Below are positions 26,792 through 32,000 of a DNA stretch of 32,000 nt, piece after piece. A program made the translations under genes and the position numbers. Positions within the stretch are counted from its first letter, which is position 1, and each line of letters opens with the position of its first letter. The notes under the pieces were generated by a model that was given only the letters and a program-made list of their open reading frames with translations, had not been told where the DNA came from and made no database searches. Source of the DNA: Candidatus Saccharimonadota bacterium (GTDB lineage Bacteria; Bacteroidota; Bacteroidia; Flavobacteriales; Blattabacteriaceae); NCBI RefSeq assembly GCF_014252315.1, contig NZ_CP059216.1:180001-212000 (forward strand), written 5' to 3'.

Positions 26792-27966
26792 TTTATATTA
26801 TAAAATTTATTGTAAACATCAATATCTTTATCTCCTCTACCAGATATAGTTATAACAACTACATCATTTTTATTAAAAGATATTTTTTTTAATATAGATA
26901 ATGCATGTGCACTTTCTAATGCTGGGAGTATTCCTTCTAAATTAATTAATTCATATCCTGCTTTTAGTGCTTCATTATCTGTAGAACACATAAATTTTAC
27001 ACGTTTTTTAACAAATAAATTTGCATGCATTGGTCCTATTCCAGGATAATCTAATCCTGGTGAGATAGAATAAGCAGGTAAAACCTGTCCATCTATATTT
27101 TGTAACATATAAGTCATACTTCCATGTAATATTCCTATTGATCCACAATGTATAGATGCAGAATTTTTATTTGTTTTAATTCCTAATCCAGCAGCTTCTA
27201 CTGCTATAAGTTTTACTAATTTATTATCTAAAAAATGATAAAAAGAACCTGCTGCATTACTACCTCCTCCTATGCAACAAATTACATAATTAGGATATAA
27301 ATAACCATTTTTTTCTATTTGAATTTTTATTTCTTTACTTATAACTGACTGTAAATCAGCAACCATTTGAGGATAAGGATGAGGGCCTACAGTAGATCCT
27401 ATTAAATAATAACTTTTAATATTATTAATCCAATAACGGATAGATTCATTTACTGCATCTTTTAAAGTTTTTTCACCGCTAGAAACAGGTATTATTTTTG
27501 CTTTTAATGTTTTCATTTTAATAACATTAGATAATTGACGTTTCATATCTGTTTCTCCCATGAAAATAATACATTCTAAATTCATTAATGCACAGGTAGT
27601 TGCAACAGCTATTCCATGTTGACCTGCTCCTGTTTCTGCTATTATTTTTTTTTTACCTAATATTGTAGCTAGTAATGCTTGTCCTATTGTATTATTAATT
27701 TTATGTGATCCTGTATGATTTAAATCTTCTCTTTTAAAAAAAATATTTGCTCCATATTTTTCAGAATATTTTCTAGAAAATAATAATGGAGTAGGTCTAC
27801 CTACATAATCATGTAATATTTTTTTATACGAATTTTGAAATTCTTTACTATTTATAATAGATTTATAATTATTTTGTAATTCTTTTATATTTTTGTATAA
27901 CATTTCTGGGATAAATGCTCCACCAAAATCTCCATAAAATCCATTATCATTAACAAAATATTTCAT
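26788..27966 (-). CDS. trpB: Tryptophan synthase beta chain
   Basis: Motifs are GDFGGAFIPE, KREDLNHTGSHKINN (PLP lysine), ETGAGQHG and GGGSNAAG. It overlaps trpA by 4 nt. Confidence 0.95.
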   Translation of the reverse strand: MKYFVNDNGFYGDFGGAFIPEMLYKNIKELQNNYKSIINSKEFQNSYKKILHDYVGRPTPLLFSRKYSEKYGANIFFKREDLNHTGSHKINNTIGQALLATILGKKKIIAETGAGQHGIAVATTCALMNLECIIFMGETDMKRQLSNVIKMKTLKAKIIPVSSGEKTLKDAVNESIRYWINNIKSYYLIGSTVGPHPYPQMVADLQSVISKEIKIQIEKNGYLYPNYVICCIGGGSNAAGSFYHFLDNKLVKLIAVEAAGLGIKTNKNSASIHCGSIGILHGSMTYMLQNIDGQVLPAYSISPGLDYPGIGPMHANLFVKKRVKFMCSTDNEALKAGYELINLEGILPALESAHALSILKKISFNKNDVVVITISGRGDKDIDVYNKFYNIK

Positions 27967-28577
27967 ATTTCTCTAATTTTTTTCATAAATTCTTTTAACA
28001 TTTGTTTATTTTTTTTACCAGGATATAATTCAAACTTACTATTTATATCAATACCAAAAATTTTTGAATGATAAAATTTTTTTATTTTTTTTAAATCTTT
28101 TATACCAATACCTCCACTTAAAAAAAATGGAGTTGTAAAATTATATTCTTGAAGTTTTTCCCATCTAAATTTTTTTCCACTTCCTCCATTATTATCAAAT
28201 AAAAAATAAGAACAAAAAGGCACATAATTTAAAGTTTTTTTCATTGAAAATAAATCATTTACCTTAAAACTTTTAATAATTTTTACTTTTTTTTTGAATA
28301 AAAATTCACATACATAAGGAGATTCATTTCCATGTAATTGAACATAATCTAATTTTTTTTCAATATAAATTTTAAAAATATTTTTTGGATTTTCATTTAC
28401 AAAAATACCTGTTTTAATAGGTTTATTTTTTAATAGTGGTATAAAAAAATTATAACCAACAAATCTTGGAGATTTAGAATAAAAAATGAATCCAATAAAA
28501 TCAGGATTTAATTCTGATATTTCTTTTACATCATATTTTATTCCACATATTTTTATTTTTAAATTTTTATAATTCAT
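27963..28577 (-). CDS. trpF: Phosphoribosylanthranilate isomerase
   Basis: Motifs are LKIKICGI, DFIGFIFYSKSPR, VQLHG and LSGGI. It lies between trpC and trpB, with 4-nt overlaps on both sides. Confidence 0.88.
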   Translation of the reverse strand: MNYKNLKIKICGIKYDVKEISELNPDFIGFIFYSKSPRFVGYNFFIPLLKNKPIKTGIFVNENPKNIFKIYIEKKLDYVQLHGNESPYVCEFLFKKKVKIIKSFKVNDLFSMKKTLNYVPFCSYFLFDNNGGSGKKFRWEKLQEYNFTTPFFLSGGIGIKDLKKIKKFYHSKIFGIDINSKFELYPGKKNKQMLKEFMKKIREI

Positions 28578-29374
28578 TTTTGTTCTTTTCTATATAAAGA
28601 ATCCATAAAAATTTTACATTTTTTTGCTGGATTTTTAGATTTCATAAAATATTCACCAATTAAAAAACCTTTAAATCCTATTTTTTTAAGTTTAATAACA
28701 TATTCTATACTATTTATACCACTTTCTGCTATTTTTATGTATTTATTTGGAATTTTTGAAAATAGTTCTACGCAATTATTTTTAATAACTTTAAACGATT
28801 TTAAATCTCTATTGTTTACACCTACAAAATCTATATTTTCAGTAATTTTTTCTATTTCATTTTCTTTATGTATTTCGAGAATAACTTCTAATCCAATAGA
28901 TTTTGCGATATTAGATAAATTTTGAATATCATTTTTAGATAAAAAATACGCAATTAATAAAATAACATCTGATCCTATTGATTTAGATTCAATTATTTGA
29001 TATTCATCAATTATAAAATCTTTTCTTAATATAGGTATGTTTATTAAATTTCTGATTTTTTTTATATTATTAATATGTCCAGAAAAAAAATCAAAATCTG
29101 TTAGAATAGATATTCCACTTACTTTTGAAAGTTCATATCCTTTAACAACATCTTCTAAAAACGAACAATTATTTATAATTCCATTAGAAGGAGATTTTGA
29201 TTTAAATTCAGCAATTATTCCATATTTATTTTTTTTAATATTCTTTCTTAAAGAAATAGTTTTTCTATTAAAAAAAGAACTATACTTTAATTTATCTATT
29301 GGATTATTAACTTTTTTTTTTTGTATTTCTTTTTTTTTTGAAAAAATAATTTTTTCCAAAATATCATTTATCAT
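28574..29374 (-). CDS. trpC: Indole-3-glycerol phosphate synthase
   Basis: Motifs are GIIAEFKSKSPS, ILRKDFIIDEYQI, LEVILEIH, VGVNNRDL and AESGI. Confidence 0.92.
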   Translation of the reverse strand: MINDILEKIIFSKKKEIQKKKVNNPIDKLKYSSFFNRKTISLRKNIKKNKYGIIAEFKSKSPSNGIINNCSFLEDVVKGYELSKVSGISILTDFDFFSGHINNIKKIRNLINIPILRKDFIIDEYQIIESKSIGSDVILLIAYFLSKNDIQNLSNIAKSIGLEVILEIHKENEIEKITENIDFVGVNNRDLKSFKVIKNNCVELFSKIPNKYIKIAESGINSIEYVIKLKKIGFKGFLIGEYFMKSKNPAKKCKIFMDSLYRKEQK

Positions 29375-30363
29375 AAATTTAATAGTTTTTTAAGTACATT
29401 TTTTGCTTTTCCACTTTCTAAAGAATGTCTTGCTTTATTATAATTGTATTTAAAGTCATTATTATTAATTAAATTTAATGCAAATGTAGCATTTGTTAAT
29501 ACTATTTCATTTTGAGCTGTTGTTCCTTTTCCAGATAAAATATCCAAAAATATCTTAATATTTTCCTGTATACTATTTCCTCCTTTTAAATCCTTTATAT
29601 TTACATTAACATTATTTTTATTCAATTCTTTAACTGAAAAAAAATTTTCTCCCTTATTAGTGTAACATTTTACATTACTTGTAAGTGTTATTTCATCATA
29701 ACCATCTACACTATGAATTATAGTATAATTATTTTTTTTATATTGATATATATAATGATATATTCTTGCTACATTTAAATTATTTACTCCTAATAAAATA
29801 TTTCTTGGATTGCATGGATTTAACATTGGTCCTAGTAAATTAAAAATAGTTTTTACTTCTAAATTTTTTCGATAAATAGATATTTTTTTTAAAAAATGAT
29901 GAAAAATAGGAGCATGTAAATAACATATTCCAGTTTTATTTAATTGATTTTTTAAATTTTTTTTTTTATTAGTAAACTTAAACCCTAATCCTTTTAATAT
30001 ATTTGATGCCCCTGTTATAGATGAAGAGCCATAATTACCATGTTTTATAACTTTACCTCCAGCACCTGCTACAATAAAACACGCTATTGTAGAAATATTA
30101 AATGTATTTTTATCACCTCCTGTTCCAACTATATCAATTGCATTTTTTTCTTCAAGATCTATATTAATTGATAATTCTCGCATAGCTTGATAAAATCCTA
30201 CTATCTCATTTATAGTAGGATTTCTCATATTATAAATTGATATTATAGCTATTATTTTATAATCATTTATATTTCCATTCGACATATCTATAATTAATTT
30301 TCTAGATTCATCTTTTGTCAATGTTTTTTTTAAAAAAAGATTTTCCAATATTTTTTTACTCAT
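29371..30363 (-). CDS. trpD: Anthranilate phosphoribosyltransferase
   Basis: Motifs are DIVGTGGDKNTFNIST, KHGNYGSSSITGASN and the FHH/NLLGP region. The ORF-track start at 30384 is a TTG that overlaps trpG. The ATG at 30363 lies 5 nt after the trpG stop. Confidence 0.9.
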   Translation of the reverse strand: MSKKILENLFLKKTLTKDESRKLIIDMSNGNINDYKIIAIISIYNMRNPTINEIVGFYQAMRELSINIDLEEKNAIDIVGTGGDKNTFNISTIACFIVAGAGGKVIKHGNYGSSSITGASNILKGLGFKFTNKKKNLKNQLNKTGICYLHAPIFHHFLKKISIYRKNLEVKTIFNLLGPMLNPCNPRNILLGVNNLNVARIYHYIYQYKKNNYTIIHSVDGYDEITLTSNVKCYTNKGENFFSVKELNKNNVNVNIKDLKGGNSIQENIKIFLDILSGKGTTAQNEIVLTNATFALNLINNNDFKYNYNKARHSLESGKAKNVLKKLLNL

Positions 30364-30368
30364 ATTTT

Positions 30369-30941
30369 TTATATATTCAACCAATTATGTATTATTTTTT
30401 CTCCATACGGAGTTAAAATAGATTCTGGATGAAATTGTACTCCGCGTACATCATAAAATTTATGACGTAAAGCCATGATTTCTCCTTTTTCTCCAACAGC
30501 AGTAATTTGAAGTTCTTTAGGAAAATCTTGTGAAGATATTATCCATGAATGATAACGTCCAACTTGAATATTTTTTGGAATCTTTTTAAAAATTATTTCC
30601 TCTGAATCTATTATTTTTATTGAACTAGAAACTCCATGACATACATCTTTTATGTTAAAAAGAGTAGCTCCAAATACTTCTCCTATAGCTTGTTGTCCTA
30701 AACATACTCCAAAAATACTTTTAGTAGAAGCAAAAGTACTAATCAATGGTTTTAATATATGAGCTTCGTTAGGAATCCCAGGTCCAGGAGATAATATTAT
30801 TTTATTATATTTTTCTACATCTGATAGTTCTATTTCGTTATTTCTAAATACTTTTACAAAATTTTTTGTTAATTTTTTTACTGTGTATACTAAATTATAA
30901 GTAAAAGAATCATAATTATCTAAAATTAATATTTTATTCAT
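30369..30941 (-). CDS. trpG: Anthranilate synthase component II (glutamine amidotransferase)
   Basis: Motifs are ILILDNYDSFTYNL, the catalytic Cys in GVCLGQQAIG, and VQFHPESI. Confidence 0.93.
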   Translation of the reverse strand: MNKILILDNYDSFTYNLVYTVKKLTKNFVKVFRNNEIELSDVEKYNKIILSPGPGIPNEAHILKPLISTFASTKSIFGVCLGQQAIGEVFGATLFNIKDVCHGVSSSIKIIDSEEIIFKKIPKNIQVGRYHSWIISSQDFPKELQITAVGEKGEIMALRHKFYDVRGVQFHPESILTPYGEKIIHNWLNI

Positions 30942-32000
30942 ATATTTTTAGCTAATTCTATAGACTTAAATAAAGCTATAAGTTTATTATTCACTTCTTC
31001 TAATTCTTTTTTTTCTTCTGAATTAGCAACAATACCTGCACCAGCTTGAAAAAATAAGGTATTATTTTTACTTACAAAAGATCGTATTATAATAGCAGTA
31101 TTAACAAAAGAATTGTTTAACCCAAAAAAACCAATAGCTCCTCCATATAATCCTCTATTTTGATTTTCTATTTTATCAATTAATTCCATGGCTTTATATT
31201 TAGGAGCTCCAGATAATGTTCCTGATGGAAACGTATCTCCAAATATTTTAATATTTGATATATTTTCGTCTATTTTTCCAGATACTTTTGATACCATATG
31301 TAATACATGAGAAAATGTATGAATTTTTTTAAATTCTTCTACTTTTACATTAGTTGAATTTTTACTTAAATCGTTTCTGGCTAAATCAACTAACATTACA
31401 TGTTCGGAATTTTCTTTTGGATCTTTTAAAAGACTATCAGAAAGTTTTTTATCTTTATCATAATTTTGTTTACTTGATCTTTTAATTGTTCCTGCTATAG
31501 GGTTAATATAAGCAATTTTATTACATATAACTAATTGTGATTCAGGTGATGATCCAAATATTTTGTAATATCCATAATCAAAATAAAATAAATATGGAGA
31601 TGGATTTATAAATCTTAAAGCTCTATATACATTAAATTCATCGCCATTAAATCTTTGTCTAAATTGTCTAGATAATACTATTTGAAACACATCTCCACGC
31701 AAACATGAATTTATTCCCTTATTTACCATTTTTTTATATTCATTATCTGTAACATTAGAAGTTCTATTTCCTAATGGGTTAAATGGAAAATAAACAGGAG
31801 TTTTTTTTTCAATCAATTCTGTAAGTTGATCTATATAACTTATTTTATCAATATTAAAAAATTGATGTTCAACTACACTTATTTCATTATAAAAATGATG
31901 AAACAAAATTATATTTTTATAAAAACTAAAACGTATTTGTGGTAAATTATAATTTTTTTTTACTGAAGAATAAAATTTAATATTTTCGAAATATTGAATA
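30938..32000 (-). CDS. trpE: Anthranilate synthase component I, 5'-partial (continues beyond the right edge)
   Basis: The C-terminal chorismate-binding motifs are FPSGTLSGAPK, RGLYGGAIGF and QAGAGIVANS. The 322-aa ORF-track model starts at a TTG. The same frame stays open to position 32000 (IQYFENIKFYSSVKKNYNLPQIRFSFYKNIILFHHFY...). That matches the roughly 140 N-terminal residues missing from a normal TrpE. Confidence 0.92.
   Translation of the reverse strand, partial: IQYFENIKFYSSVKKNYNLPQIRFSFYKNIILFHHFYNEISVVEHQFFNIDKISYIDQLTELIEKKTPVYFPFNPLGNRTSNVTDNEYKKMVNKGINSCLRGDVFQIVLSRQFRQRFNGDEFNVYRALRFINPSPYLFYFDYGYYKIFGSSPESQLVICNKIAYINPIAGTIKRSSKQNYDKDKKLSDSLLKDPKENSEHVMLVDLARNDLSKNSTNVKVEEFKKIHTFSHVLHMVSKVSGKIDENISNIKIFGDTFPSGTLSGAPKYKAMELIDKIENQNRGLYGGAIGFFGLNNSFVNTAIIIRSFVSKNNTLFFQAGAGIVANSEEKKELEEVNNKLIALFKSIELAKNI

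Noticed and set aside
30938-31906. A truncated 322-aa trpE, suggesting a degraded anthranilate synthase
   Set aside because: The listed start is a TTG chosen by the ORF finder. The frame stays open for all 31 further codons up to position 32000, so the gene simply runs off the window.
1-32000. A search for mobile elements, CRISPR arrays, a prophage, toxin-antitoxin or defence systems, or a horizontally acquired island
   Set aside because: No transposase, integrase or recombinase motifs were seen. There are no regularly spaced direct repeats and no compositional island; everything is uniformly AT-rich. Every ORF over 130 aa has a clear housekeeping or biosynthetic identity.

Overview
The window is very AT-rich (about 20% G+C by eye, not computed; some spacers near 10-13%) and tightly packed. 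It looks like a reduced genome of a Bacteroidota (Flavobacteriales-type) nutritional insect endosymbiont. Blattabacterium-like is my best guess. A Sulcia-type partner is less likely, because those are generally described as lacking histidine synthesis. This taxon call is inference from gene content and protein motifs, not a database hit. I support 31 protein-coding genes (two run off the window edges), one tRNA-Lys(UUU) and one clearly decayed gene, a serC pseudogene. The content is dominated by essential-amino-acid and one-carbon metabolism. There is a complete his operon (hisGDCBHAF-IE, 14115-21328, minus strand). There is a complete trp operon (trpEGDCFBA, 26006 to beyond 32000, minus strand). 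Also present are ilvE with a fused alpha/beta 2-oxoacid dehydrogenase E1, pdhB, folA, folD, metF, aroK, valS, serS, rsmA, tilS, xth, ndk, yggS and a lemA-TPM pair. The genetic code appears standard: TGA is used as a stop for ndk and folD, and Trp is TGG. I see no rRNA, CRISPR array, transposase, integrase, phage gene or recognisable defence or toxin system, and I cannot honestly point to a new multi-gene system. The parts that deserve a second look are: (1) a recently decayed serC still overlapping the start of yggS; (2) a 674-bp gene-free eroded spacer next to an orphan lipoprotein gene; (3) a perfect 10-bp hairpin plus U-tract in the hisG leader, although convergent gene ends have no terminators; (4) a retained ndk-lemA-TPM operon of unknown function; (5) extreme compaction, with 19 bp between divergent start codons and overlapping convergent stop codons. 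Several ORF-track starts are upstream artefacts (often TTG) and I have moved them to conserved ATG starts.
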